The position numbers and the translations under genes were made by a program. DNA of 64,000 nucleotides from Candidatus Latescibacterota bacterium (lineage in GTDB: Bacteria; Latescibacterota; UBA2968; UBA8231), in NCBI GenBank assembly GCA_965208105.1, contig OZ242318.1, positions 320,001 to 384,000 of the forward strand, in the 5' to 3' direction. The notes under the pieces were generated by a model. It made no database searches. It had not been told where the DNA came from and saw nothing but the letters and a program-made list of their open reading frames with translations. Within the stretch, counting starts at the first letter, position 1. Every line of letters begins with the position of its first letter. This document shows positions 9,791 through 19,312 of the stretch, in pieces.

Positions 9791-10258
9791 ATGGGCATTG
9801 AACAGGATCTGCGAAGGCAAAAGGTTTCCCGGCTCGAGCTGAGTGGTTTTGTCACCGTAAAGGTATGGACGCCTGTATTTGAAGTTTTGCGTCTGATGCG
9901 CGAGGAACATGTAAATGCCGTGCTGGTTGAAGGCGATGAGGGGTTGGCCGGCATTTTCACCGAGCGCGACGTGCTCCTCAAGGTGGCTGACGACCCTTCG
10001 ATGTGGAAATTGCCCGTCGGCCGGGTGATGACCCCATCCCCCCAGACGGTTTCTCCAGACACGCCGATAATTGAAGCCTTGCGGCTTATGAATGCAGGCC
10101 ACTACCGCAATCTTCCAGTCATGGACGGAGCGGGCAAAATCGTCGGCAATCTCTCCCAATACGTGGTCGTCCACTTTCTGACCGATCGCTTCCCGCTGGA
10201 AATCTACAATCTTCCCCCCGACCCCGAACTTATCCCTCAAACAAAGGAAGGGGCCTGA
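9791..10258 (+). CDS. CBS-pair domain protein
   Basis: GIFTERDVL, VMTPSP.TV, YRNLPV. Confidence 0.9.
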   Translation: MGIEQDLRRQKVSRLELSGFVTVKVWTPVFEVLRLMREEHVNAVLVEGDEGLAGIFTERDVLLKVADDPSMWKLPVGRVMTPSPQTVSPDTPIIEALRLMNAGHYRNLPVMDGAGKIVGNLSQYVVVHFLTDRFPLEIYNLPPDPELIPQTKEGA

Positions 10259-10298
10259 TCTTGCGCCTGGCTCCTTGCCCTCAGGAGAACCGGATTTA

Positions 10299-12200
10299 AT
10301 GGCCGCCCTCACGGCCTCATCGCCAGCAGCGAACAGAGCTGAAGACCGAGATCCATCCAGGCAGTCTGCACCCGCGAAAGTCGAAGAACGAGAGTCCGTG
10401 GTCATCCTGTTTTCCGGAGACTCCGGCGATGGCATGCAGCTGACCGGGGACCAGTTCACCAACACTTCTGCCGTTTTTGGCAATGATGTCAGCACCTCTC
10501 CGGATTTTCCCGCCGAGATTCGCGCCCCCGCCGGTACCATTCCCGGATTGAGTGAAATCCAGGTCCATTTTTCTTCCCAGGACCTGTTCACCGCAGGCGA
10601 CGCCCCGGGGGTTCTGGTGGCGATGAACCCGGCCGCCATCAAGGCCAACCTCCACGAACTGGAGCCAGGCGGAATAATCATAGCCAACAGCGACGCCTTC
10701 AGCCGCAGCAATCTCCGCAAGGCCGGTTACGAGGAAAATCCCCTGGAGAACGATGCGCTCAAGGGCTACGAAGTCTACAAGGTGGCTCTGACCAAGCTGA
10801 CCCGCGCTTCCCTCGAGGGGGCAGAGGGACTGAGCAATCAGCAGAAGGATTTGTGCAAGAATGCTTTTGCCCTGGGCTTGACATTCTGGATATTCGACCG
10901 CCCGCTCGAAACCACGCTCAAGTTCTACAGCGAGAAATTCGCTCAGCGTCCGAAGGTGGTCGAGGCCAACACCAAAGCTCTCAAGGCCGGCTATTACTAC
11001 GGCGAAACCTCGGAGATCTTCCAGCGCCGGTTCCAGGTTGCCAGGCGCGAGGCCGTGGCGCCCGGAGTCTATCGCCGCATCAGCGGCAACGAGGCGCTGG
11101 CATTGGGTCTCGTAACGGCAGCGCGCAAGGCGGGCAAGCCGCTGTTCTACGGCAGCTACCCCATTACCCCGGCCTCCGCGGTCCTGGAGGAATTGGCCAC
11201 CCTGAAAAGCTACGACGTTCGCACCTTTCAGGCCGAGGATGAGATCGCCGCCATCGGCTCTGTCATCGGAGCGGCCTTTGGCGGAGCCCTGGCGGCGACC
11301 GCCAGCAGCGGACCGGGCGTCGTCCTCAAGAGCGAGGGGATCAACCTGGCCGTCGTCCTCGAATTGCCCCTGGTGGTCATCGACATCCAGCGCGGCGGTC
11401 CCAGCACCGGCCTGCCGACCAAAACCGAGCAGACCGATTTGTTGGAGGTGCTCTATGGCCGCAACGGCGAAAGCCCCATTCCCGTCCTGGCCCCAGCTAC
11501 TTCAGCCGAGTGCTTCGACATGGCCGTCCAGGCCTTTCGCATTGCGGTGCGCTACATGACCCCCGTTTTTCTGCTTGCCGACGGCTACCTCGCCAACCAT
11601 TCCGAGCCGTGGAAGATCCCCGATCCAGATGAAATCGAGCCCATCGAGGTCGATCATCGGCGCGACCCCGAGGGCTTCCAACCTTACGTTCGGGACCCCG
11701 AGACCTTGTCGCGGCCCTGGGTCATTCCCGGAACCCCCGGTCTCGAGCATCGCATCGGCGGCCTGGGAAAGCAGGACGTGAGCGGCAATGTCTCCTATGC
11801 GCCAGAAGACCACGAAGAGATCGTGCGGATCCGGGCGAAGAAGGTCGAGGGGATAGGGGAATTCATCCCCGATGTCGAAGTATCAGGTCCGGATCACGGC
11901 GATTTGCTGGTCGTCGGCTGGGGTGGCACCTTCGGCGCCATTCACGCAGCGGTGAGACAGGCGCAGCAGGAAGGAAGATCGGTCGCCAGCGCGCATTTGC
12001 GCTACCTGAATCCCTTTCCAAAAAATCTGGGCGAGGTGCTGAGTCGTTACGAGAAGATCCTGGTAGCGGAGTTGAATCTGGGGCAGCTCGCTCTCCTGTT
12101 GAAAGGACATTTCCTGGTTCCCGTAACCTCGCTCAACAAAGTCCAGGGCCAGCCCTTTCAAATCCGGGAGATCGCGGACAAGATCCGGGAGATGCTGTAA
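10299..12200 (+). CDS. korA: 2-oxoacid:ferredoxin oxidoreductase alpha subunit (gamma-alpha fusion)
   Basis: GDSGDGMQLTG, YPITP, QAEDE, SSGPG, RGGPSTGLPT. Confidence 0.95.
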   Translation: MAALTASSPAANRAEDRDPSRQSAPAKVEERESVVILFSGDSGDGMQLTGDQFTNTSAVFGNDVSTSPDFPAEIRAPAGTIPGLSEIQVHFSSQDLFTAGDAPGVLVAMNPAAIKANLHELEPGGIIIANSDAFSRSNLRKAGYEENPLENDALKGYEVYKVALTKLTRASLEGAEGLSNQQKDLCKNAFALGLTFWIFDRPLETTLKFYSEKFAQRPKVVEANTKALKAGYYYGETSEIFQRRFQVARREAVAPGVYRRISGNEALALGLVTAARKAGKPLFYGSYPITPASAVLEELATLKSYDVRTFQAEDEIAAIGSVIGAAFGGALAATASSGPGVVLKSEGINLAVVLELPLVVIDIQRGGPSTGLPTKTEQTDLLEVLYGRNGESPIPVLAPATSAECFDMAVQAFRIAVRYMTPVFLLADGYLANHSEPWKIPDPDEIEPIEVDHRRDPEGFQPYVRDPETLSRPWVIPGTPGLEHRIGGLGKQDVSGNVSYAPEDHEEIVRIRAKKVEGIGEFIPDVEVSGPDHGDLLVVGWGGTFGAIHAAVRQAQQEGRSVASAHLRYLNPFPKNLGEVLSRYEKILVAELNLGQLALLLKGHFLVPVTSLNKVQGQPFQIREIADKIREML

Positions 12201-12222
12201 CCAACGAGCAAGGAGACCTGCG

Positions 12223-13248
12223 GTGGCCGAAGCGATAGGTGAATACAATCTGACCCGGAAGGATTTCGTTTCCGACCAGGAGGTCCGCTGGTGCCCGGGG
12301 TGTGGAGATTATGCCATTCTCGCCCAGATGCAGAAGGTGCTTCCCGAGATCGGAGTCCCCCGCGAGAAAATCGTTTTTGTCTCGGGGATCGGCTGCTCGA
12401 GCCGCTTCCCCTATTACATGAACACCTACGGCATTCACACGATTCACGGCCGGGCACCGACCATTGCCACCGGGCTCAAAACCATCAATCCCGATTTGAG
12501 CGTTTGGGTCATTACCGGCGACGGAGACGGCCTGTCCATAGGAGGCAACCACCTGCTGCACTGCCTGCGCCGCAATGTCGACGTGAAAATCATTCTGTTC
12601 AACAACCGCATATACGGCCTCACCAAGGGGCAATATTCTCCCACCTCACTGCCGGGCCATCGCACCAGGTCCACGCCCATGGGGTCCTTGGACTATCCCC
12701 TCAAGCCCGTGTCCGTCGCCCTTGGGGCGGAGGCTACCTTCGTCGCCCGCACCCAGGACACCAATACCCACCACCTGAGCACCGTGTTGAAGCGGGCCGC
12801 GACCCACAGGGGAACGGCGTTCGTGGAAATCTACCAGAATTGCGTCGTCTACAACCCCACCGCCTGGGACCATACCACCAACCCGGATGTGAGAGACGAC
12901 AATATCGTTTTCCTCGAGGACGGCAAACCTCTGGTGTTCGGCAAGGAAAGCGACAAGGGGATCCGCTTCAATGGTCTGGAACCGGAGGTCGTGTCGCTGG
13001 GCAATGGAACCAGCGAGGAAGATCTGATCGTCCACAGGGAGGATCTCGAGAACGACAGCTACGCCTACATGATCAGCCGCATGGAATTTCCCCGGTTTCC
13101 CCTGGTTTTCGGGGTCTTGCGGGCGGTCGAGAGGCCTGCTTATACGGACATGGTCAACGAACAGGTCAGGCAGGCACAGGACCGGCTGGGAGAGGGTGAT
13201 CTCGAGGTCCTGTTCCACAGCGGCGATACATGGGAGATCGAGGGGTGA
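12223..13248 (+). CDS. korB: 2-oxoacid:ferredoxin oxidoreductase beta subunit
   Basis: WCPGCGD, SGIGCS, TPP motif GDGD...NN, YGLTKGQ. Confidence 0.95.
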   Translation: MAEAIGEYNLTRKDFVSDQEVRWCPGCGDYAILAQMQKVLPEIGVPREKIVFVSGIGCSSRFPYYMNTYGIHTIHGRAPTIATGLKTINPDLSVWVITGDGDGLSIGGNHLLHCLRRNVDVKIILFNNRIYGLTKGQYSPTSLPGHRTRSTPMGSLDYPLKPVSVALGAEATFVARTQDTNTHHLSTVLKRAATHRGTAFVEIYQNCVVYNPTAWDHTTNPDVRDDNIVFLEDGKPLVFGKESDKGIRFNGLEPEVVSLGNGTSEEDLIVHREDLENDSYAYMISRMEFPRFPLVFGVLRAVERPAYTDMVNEQVRQAQDRLGEGDLEVLFHSGDTWEIEG

Positions 13249-13300
13249 AGGTTCTCGCCGGCGGCATTCTGGTTCGATATTGCAGGGGACGGGGACCCCG

Positions 13301-13822
13301 GTGAATTGTCCTGCCTGTGGTTACGACAATTTCTCCGGAGTGGATATCTGCGAGGATTGCGGCCAGAGCCTCGTTCAGGACTACCTCTCCGATTCGGAGG
13401 AGGGGTGGCACAGGATTTTTGCCGAGCCGCTATCCGTTCTCAATCCCAGGAAACCGGTGTGTGTGACCAGGGACGCGACCGTCGCCGAAGTCATCACCCT
13501 GCTCAAGGGCAAGAACGTCGGATTCGTCCTTGTGGTCGGAGATGAAGGGAAGCTCGTGGGGATTTTCACCGAGCGCGACGTGCTCTACCGGGTGGCCGGC
13601 CTCATCGAAAACCTGAAGGACATTCTGGTGGAGAGTTTGATGACGCCGAGGCCGACCAGCCTCAAAGCCTCGATGCCCATATCGCACGCGCTGCACTTGA
13701 TGGGCCTGCATGGATTTCGCCACGTTCCCCTTGTCGATGAAGACGACCGGCCCCTCAGCTCCATCGCCTTCCGGGACATTGTCCAGTTCATAGAAAAGAA
13801 CTTCTCTTCACAGACTGCCTGA
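13301..13822 (+). CDS. Zinc-ribbon plus CBS-pair protein
   Basis: CPACG..CEDCG then GIFTERDVL and FRHVP; GTG start. Confidence 0.85.
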   Translation: MNCPACGYDNFSGVDICEDCGQSLVQDYLSDSEEGWHRIFAEPLSVLNPRKPVCVTRDATVAEVITLLKGKNVGFVLVVGDEGKLVGIFTERDVLYRVAGLIENLKDILVESLMTPRPTSLKASMPISHALHLMGLHGFRHVPLVDEDDRPLSSIAFRDIVQFIEKNFSSQTA

Positions 13823-13905
13823 TCGGACGATCCCTTGGGGACCTGTGCCGTGAGGGCCGGCCCGAAGACTTCTGTCAGCATCCTTCTGGAAAGGTAGGCT
13901 GCTTC

Positions 13906-14394
13906 ATGCTCTCTGGAATGACGTCCACACGGATCGGGTTTCTCGCAATGATGATAGCTGTCTTTGCGCGGGAGCCCGTCGAAGCCAGGATCGAGAGCGG
14001 CGATCTGAACATGCATCGAGCTGTTCTGGAGGGGGAGTGGCTGCAGTTGAAACTCGGGATGATGGGGTTGCGGTTGAGCTACCCGGCCTATCGCATAAAT
14101 CTGGAGTTGGACGATAAAAACACCATTGTGTTCACCTTCCTCAGCAGCAGTGGACTATCCGAGCATCTCGTCAAGGTGGGGCCGGTCGAAGCCGAACAGA
14201 TGCTCAAGTACCATGCGGAAGGAATCCGCCATCAGGTCGAGCAGCTTGTCAAGAATGAATTCCCCAACCTGTGGACCAGCTATGATCCCGAGAGTGATTT
14301 CAAAGGGGAATTCCTGGTTCCGGCCGAGGATCTCGAGACCGGACCGCGGCAACTGGCATACTGGAAAAACGACAGGCTCTACTGGAGTCCCTAG
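13906..14394 (+). CDS. Hypothetical exported protein
   Basis: Signal-like N-terminus, normal codon usage, no recognised family. Confidence 0.65.
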   Translation: MLSGMTSTRIGFLAMMIAVFAREPVEARIESGDLNMHRAVLEGEWLQLKLGMMGLRLSYPAYRINLELDDKNTIVFTFLSSSGLSEHLVKVGPVEAEQMLKYHAEGIRHQVEQLVKNEFPNLWTSYDPESDFKGEFLVPAEDLETGPRQLAYWKNDRLYWSP

Positions 14395-14562
14395 TGCCCC
14401 TTCCCGGAGATAGGTTGACGAAATAAGGCCGTCGAGGCGGCCGGCTCACAAGGCGCCTGGGCGAGTCGTACCAGTAGTGTACGGCGAGTGAAGGCAACGC
14501 CGTGAGCGGGGATGGATCGGCGGAATAATGGCGACAAATTTCTGCGAGGGGGCAGGCACCAG
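14391..14562. repeat. MITE/REP-like structured repeat, copy 1
   Basis: 14391-14516 aligns ungapped with 58578-58703 (about 17 mismatches in 126 nt, counted by eye); imperfect terminal inverted repeat ctagtgcc...ggcaccag. Confidence 0.8.
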
Positions 14563-14578
14563 TGGTTGAGGGGGCGGT

Positions 14579-14806
14579 TCACTCGGGGTCGCGGGACGAG
14601 GAATCCCTGTTCAAAGATTCGTTGAGGTGGATGAGTTTGTCGATGGCCGATTCCTCGGTGGTCACCAACCATCCCCTGACCATTTTCCCCAGGACCAGGA
14701 TTTCCTTCGGCACCGCCTCTACAACCTTTGAATACCGAGTGTGGCGCTCGCGGTTGATGCAGAAAAAGGTGTGCCGTCGGGTCGTTCCCTTTTCGACCAT
14801 ATCCAT
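14579..14806 (-). CDS. Small hypothetical protein (75 aa) downstream of hemE
   Basis: Strong RBS GAAGGAGG before ATG; begins 12 nt after the hemE stop. Confidence 0.65.
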   Translation of the reverse strand: MDMVEKGTTRRHTFFCINRERHTRYSKVVEAVPKEILVLGKMVRGWLVTTEESAIDKLIHLNESLNRDSSSRDPE

Positions 14807-14818
14807 GGCTTGCCTCCT

Positions 14819-15862
14819 TCAGGTGTTGTCCGCTCTGTACTCGTGCACAGTATCGACGAGCAATCGAACGTGGTCAAGAGGTGTTTCGGGCAGAATTCCA
14901 TGGCCCAGATTGAAAATGTGGGCAATGCCTTCGGTGCTTCGCAGGATTTTCCTCGCTTCGGAAATGATGGCTTCGGGAGTACTCAGAAGAACGGAGGGGT
15001 CGAGGTTGCCCTGAAGCGGAACCCGGTCTCCGAAAAGCCTGGAGGCATCTGCGAGGTCCGTGCGCCAATCAAGGGCCAGTACATCGGCACCGACCTTTGG
15101 CAGCAATGGGAGCAGGTGAGTTGCTCCTAGAGCAAAGTAGATCCGCGGTGTTTGCAAGCCCTCAAGTGCGGAAAAAATGCGCTGCAGGTAAGGCAGGGCG
15201 ATGCGCTCGAAAGCGGCTGTGGACAATATGCCGATGGACGTGTCGAACAGCTGTACGGCCTGAACCCCGGCCCTGATCTGGGCGTGGAGGTAATCGATGA
15301 CCACCTCCGACAGCTTGTCGAGCAGGAGATGGGCGCCCTCGGGATCGGAATAGATGAGGCGGCGCAGCGAGGTGAAATCCCTGGACCCTTCGCCCTCTAC
15401 CATCCAGCCGGCCAGGGTGATGGGGCCGCCTCCGTAACCGATGAGTGGAACGGCGGGAGGCAGGGCCCGCCTTACCATGCGGACGGTTTCAAGGACGTGG
15501 GGAAGATCGATTTCCACCTCCACCGGACAAAGGGCTTCCACCTCCTCTCTGCTCCGTATCGGATGGCTGAATACGGGCCCTGGCTTGTACTCGAATTTAC
15601 ATCCCATGGGCTCCAGCGGAGTCACCAGGTCGGTGAAGAGGATTGCGGCGTCGACACCCAGCATTTCGACCGGCATGAGAGTGATCTCGGCGGCCAGCTC
15701 GGGGGTTTTGAACAGGGTGAGAATGGATCCGGTTTTTTCTCTCAGATCCCGGTAGGGCTTGAGGATTCGTCCGGCCTGGCGCATCAACCAGATTGGTCTG
15801 ATAGCTGGAGGCCGGAGATGACAGGCCTGGAGAAACCTGCTGGATGCTACCGGATCAGGCAT
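14819..15862 (-). CDS. hemE: Uroporphyrinogen decarboxylase
   Basis: PIWLMRQAGR, DAAILF.D, QLFD, LQGNLDP, FNLGHG. Confidence 0.95.
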   Translation of the reverse strand: MPDPVASSRFLQACHLRPPAIRPIWLMRQAGRILKPYRDLREKTGSILTLFKTPELAAEITLMPVEMLGVDAAILFTDLVTPLEPMGCKFEYKPGPVFSHPIRSREEVEALCPVEVEIDLPHVLETVRMVRRALPPAVPLIGYGGGPITLAGWMVEGEGSRDFTSLRRLIYSDPEGAHLLLDKLSEVVIDYLHAQIRAGVQAVQLFDTSIGILSTAAFERIALPYLQRIFSALEGLQTPRIYFALGATHLLPLLPKVGADVLALDWRTDLADASRLFGDRVPLQGNLDPSVLLSTPEAIISEARKILRSTEGIAHIFNLGHGILPETPLDHVRLLVDTVHEYRADNT

Positions 15863-15985
15863 GGAAGATGAAAGGCGGGGGTGCGCCTGGAAAAGCTATC
15901 CGGGGCTTCGGTCAGACCCCCTGTGAGACCCCCAGGTGTCGGCCATCCCGGCGGACCATCGTCGACAGGCCTCATTGGAAGGCTT

Positions 15986-18322
15986 CTATTCTCCAGGCTC
16001 GACCATCCACTCTGGCAGGGTGATGCGGTATTTGTATACCCCCTCGGTTTGTTCGAATTCCACCATTTTATCTGTCGTTTTGGCGTTGGGAATCTCCTTT
16101 TCCTCTTCCTCGTGATCAAATGCCAGAAGCCGAAAACGGGGTATGCGCCTGTCCGGCCAGAAATGGGAGATGTTGATCTTTATCGGGCCGGCGCAGTCGA
16201 GGGGGTAGATGTCTATCTTCCAGTTCTCCTGAAGAACCAGGGCAGCGCCGTTCAGGGCAATGGGGCCCACATCGAGGCTGGAGCTGCGGGTGTCGCAGTA
16301 GAAATACTCGGGACAGTGGACGTAGTCGATGCGGCCCGATCCCGGATCGGCCGAATAGGCGAGGAGGCCATCGGTGCTGTGGGCAAAAAAGGACCCAGGG
16401 GGGAGACCATAGATCGCCTGTCCGTGCTCAACCGTCCAGTCCTTCTCCCAGGAGCCGTTCACGTGGACGGTCAAGCCATTCTCATAGACTACCTGTACCT
16501 GGCTGTCCTCGTAGGCTTCTGACACGAGGGCGTCGGTGGTCTCCAACAGGTTCCCGTCGTTGTGGTAGAATATGTCGCGAACCCGGGTTCCGAGGTAATA
16601 GGTCTGGAGCTTCTGAAGCAAATAATAAGCCTTGACCACCGATGCCAGGCCCCAGGTCTCGCTTTCAGGCAAGCAACCGGCGTGACCGAAGGCAACCGTG
16701 GCGGCGAGATAGCGGTCGAGGTAGGTGCTGCGGCTGTGCCGCTCCGACTCGGGAATCTCTGAGCCGAAGAATTCTTCCACGCTGCCGAGTCCCGCATCCG
16801 CCTCCAGGGGGTGGAGATGGTTCAGGGCGAAATCCACCAGCAGGGGGTTTTTGCACGGTTGCGGTCCAGACTGCCGGGCAAGGTAGCCGTGCAGGAGCCC
16901 GGCGTAGAGCCAGTGGCTGCCCCCGGCACCGAAGGCGGGACCCTGATGGGCGATGGAGGCGAGGAGCTCCTGTTCGGCCTGGAGGGTGGAAAGGAACTTG
17001 GCAGCAGGCACCAGGCGGCTGTCACAATCGACCCGGTCCCAGGGCGGAGATGCAGCATGAGCATCGACGTAGGTAGCCTGGTTTTTGAATTTTTCGGCAA
17101 TGGCTGCCGCGTGGCCCGCCGCCAGGGAAGCAGCCCGGGTAGGTTTGAGGAGATAGGTATTGTTCGTCCTCGCGGCGGGATTGCCGTCGGAACCTCGAGC
17201 GCTCACGTCTTCATCCCACATGGGGTTGAGGGACGAGATGTCCCTGAAATTGGCATACAAGCTGAAGGTGTACCCGAGGTCGGCGAGGGCGTCGAGGTAT
17301 TCGCCGAGGGCGTCGTCACCACCTTTGGCGGGCGCTCCTTCCAGGGCCAGTCCGGTGTCGCCGTCTCCGTCGTGCCAGGTGTCGGCGGGATGATTGACCA
17401 GCAGGTGGTCCATGCCCCACTGCTTGAAGGTGAGGAGGCGCTCGTAGGCCTCCACATAGCTTTCCTCCGCCGGTGTCAAGGAAGGGATATTGTACCAGAT
17501 CAGCTCGTTGGAAGGATTGCCTGGTCGGCTCTGGGGTACCGGGACGGAGGGGAGGATATCCTCGAAGCGCCGCGAAACGGTGAGTATCCAGCGCTCGCGC
17601 AACGGGTTGCGTTTGCCGTCCGACTTTGGCAGGTAGAAGCAGCCACCGTTGATTTTCTTTTGGCGCTGGGATTCCTCCGGAGTGGGGGCGAACATGCCTG
17701 AGGCGTCGGATCCGTACCAGTCCAGGAGGCTGGAGACGAAGACTCCGGAAGTATAGAGGATGTGGGGATCGCAATCGCCGAAATTGAAGTATGGAACGCG
17801 GATCAATCGCGGGTGGAAAGCTCCGACGACTCGTCCGAGGTCGACGCCCGTGGCCTTGCCGTTTCCTCCCTCCAACTCGACGATCAGGGACTTTCCCACA
17901 ACCCTGAAGCGGTAGAGAACGTCGGCCAACTCGTCCCTGTGCTTCCACTGCCAGCGCGCTTCGACGCACTCGCCAACCTGCTCGCAGGAAACGAAGTGGC
18001 GTTCCACTTCCTCGGCGTCTGCCTCCCAATTGCGTTCTCCCATCTCGATGGTTATGCCGCCCGCCTCGGCGGGATGGATTGGATTTGAGTTGTTAATTTC
18101 GAGTTCGATATCGGCCAGAGTGCCGTCAATCGGGGTGTAGATGAAGCGGACTACGGATGAAAGCGAGCAGGATTCAAAGACGTAGGAGATGGCCTCCTTG
18201 GCGACGGAGTTGCGGACCTCTTCCACGGTGGAGGGAAGCATGGAAGGCGGAGTTGCATATACCTGGGGGGTGTTATGCGGCTGCGAATCGAGTTGGGTTT
18301 CGGGGCTTGAGGGGGTGGTCAA
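15986..18322 (-). CDS. Large hypothetical protein, possible glycoside-hydrolase-like TIM barrel (GH101/GH129/DUF5696-like)
   Basis: 778-aa ORF with its own promoter; central GG..AL..Y..AL..LGY.F.LY.N and YVD motifs. Confidence 0.6.
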   Translation of the reverse strand: MTTPSSPETQLDSQPHNTPQVYATPPSMLPSTVEEVRNSVAKEAISYVFESCSLSSVVRFIYTPIDGTLADIELEINNSNPIHPAEAGGITIEMGERNWEADAEEVERHFVSCEQVGECVEARWQWKHRDELADVLYRFRVVGKSLIVELEGGNGKATGVDLGRVVGAFHPRLIRVPYFNFGDCDPHILYTSGVFVSSLLDWYGSDASGMFAPTPEESQRQKKINGGCFYLPKSDGKRNPLRERWILTVSRRFEDILPSVPVPQSRPGNPSNELIWYNIPSLTPAEESYVEAYERLLTFKQWGMDHLLVNHPADTWHDGDGDTGLALEGAPAKGGDDALGEYLDALADLGYTFSLYANFRDISSLNPMWDEDVSARGSDGNPAARTNNTYLLKPTRAASLAAGHAAAIAEKFKNQATYVDAHAASPPWDRVDCDSRLVPAAKFLSTLQAEQELLASIAHQGPAFGAGGSHWLYAGLLHGYLARQSGPQPCKNPLLVDFALNHLHPLEADAGLGSVEEFFGSEIPESERHSRSTYLDRYLAATVAFGHAGCLPESETWGLASVVKAYYLLQKLQTYYLGTRVRDIFYHNDGNLLETTDALVSEAYEDSQVQVVYENGLTVHVNGSWEKDWTVEHGQAIYGLPPGSFFAHSTDGLLAYSADPGSGRIDYVHCPEYFYCDTRSSSLDVGPIALNGAALVLQENWKIDIYPLDCAGPIKINISHFWPDRRIPRFRLLAFDHEEEEKEIPNAKTTDKMVEFEQTEGVYKYRITLPEWMVEPGE

Positions 18323-18412
18323 GGGCAGTGCTCCGGGAATGAAAAACGGGAAGAACGCGGATTGGGCAGCGGAATGAAAACAACTGTTAAAAATAGATTT
18401 AAATAAAAATAA

Positions 18413-18441
18413 ATGATAGCTATTGTCCCTTGGGCTGTCAA
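18413..18441 (-). promoter_or_regulatory. Sigma70 promoter for the 778-aa gene/hemE operon
   Basis: Minus strand TTGACA-N17-TATCAT. Confidence 0.65.
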
Positions 18442-18700
18442 GCGGAGCCGGGTTGCAACCTGCCGTTGCAGGCGCGATTCCCGGATGTATTTTTCAAGAA
18501 TTTGCAGCGCCCTTTTGGTGCCTTCCCGGGCGCTCCTCCTCCCGGACCGGGTTGAGGCCTGTTCCGGCTGCGTTGACACCCGGGCGTGTGTCCCTTAGAA
18601 TCTGAATTCCCGCCCATTGCCTCGAGGTGGGGCCGAGACAACGCCGGAGGCCGCCACCAGCCGCTGAGAACTTTCCGGCAGATGGAATCTTACTGGATTC

Positions 18701-19312
18701 ATGGGGACACAATCGGTAGCCGGTATAGTTCTGGCAGCAGGCATGTCGACCCGGATGGGGAGCTTCAAACAATTGCTTCCCCTCGGAGGCAGGACTGTGA
18801 TCGAGGTGGTGGTGGAAAAGGTCAGAAGCCGCATCGATCGAGTCCTGGTGGTTCTGGGCTACAGAGGCGATGAAATCGCGGCGGTTCTCGCCCGCTACCC
18901 CGTGGAATGTGTTCACAACCCGGAATATCGCAGCGGAATGCTATCTTCAGTGAAATGCGGTCTGCGCTCAACCTCGGCCGCCGGATACATGGTTTTCCTG
19001 GGAGACCAGCCCGGCCTCGATCCCCGGACCATCGACTCCTTGCTGGCTGCTTCCGGGGCGGGCAAGGGGATAGTAGTCCCGACCTGCGGCAACCGGCGCG
19101 GACACCCCGTCCTGATTGACCGCATCTACGTGGACGAAATTCTGGCACTTCCTGAAAATGCGGGGTTGAATTCGGTAACCGGGGGACATCCCGAGGACAC
19201 CCTGGAGTTGCCGGTGGATGTGAGTGGAATCGTGGAGGACATGGATACGCCGGGAGATTATCAGCGGGAAAAGGCCAGATTCCACCAGGGTCGAGGTGAC
19301 GGAAATGGATGA
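18701..19312 (+). CDS. mocA: Molybdenum cofactor cytidylyltransferase-like nucleotidyltransferase
   Basis: VLAAGMSTRMG..KQLL, GMLSS, LGDQP, GHPV, DMDTP. Confidence 0.85.
   Translation: MGTQSVAGIVLAAGMSTRMGSFKQLLPLGGRTVIEVVVEKVRSRIDRVLVVLGYRGDEIAAVLARYPVECVHNPEYRSGMLSSVKCGLRSTSAAGYMVFLGDQPGLDPRTIDSLLAASGAGKGIVVPTCGNRRGHPVLIDRIYVDEILALPENAGLNSVTGGHPEDTLELPVDVSGIVEDMDTPGDYQREKARFHQGRGDGNG

Noticed and set aside
14391-14516. CRISPR array or riboswitch interpretation of the repeat
   Set aside because: No repeat-spacer periodicity or cas genes; copies lie 3' of unrelated genes, one between convergent genes.
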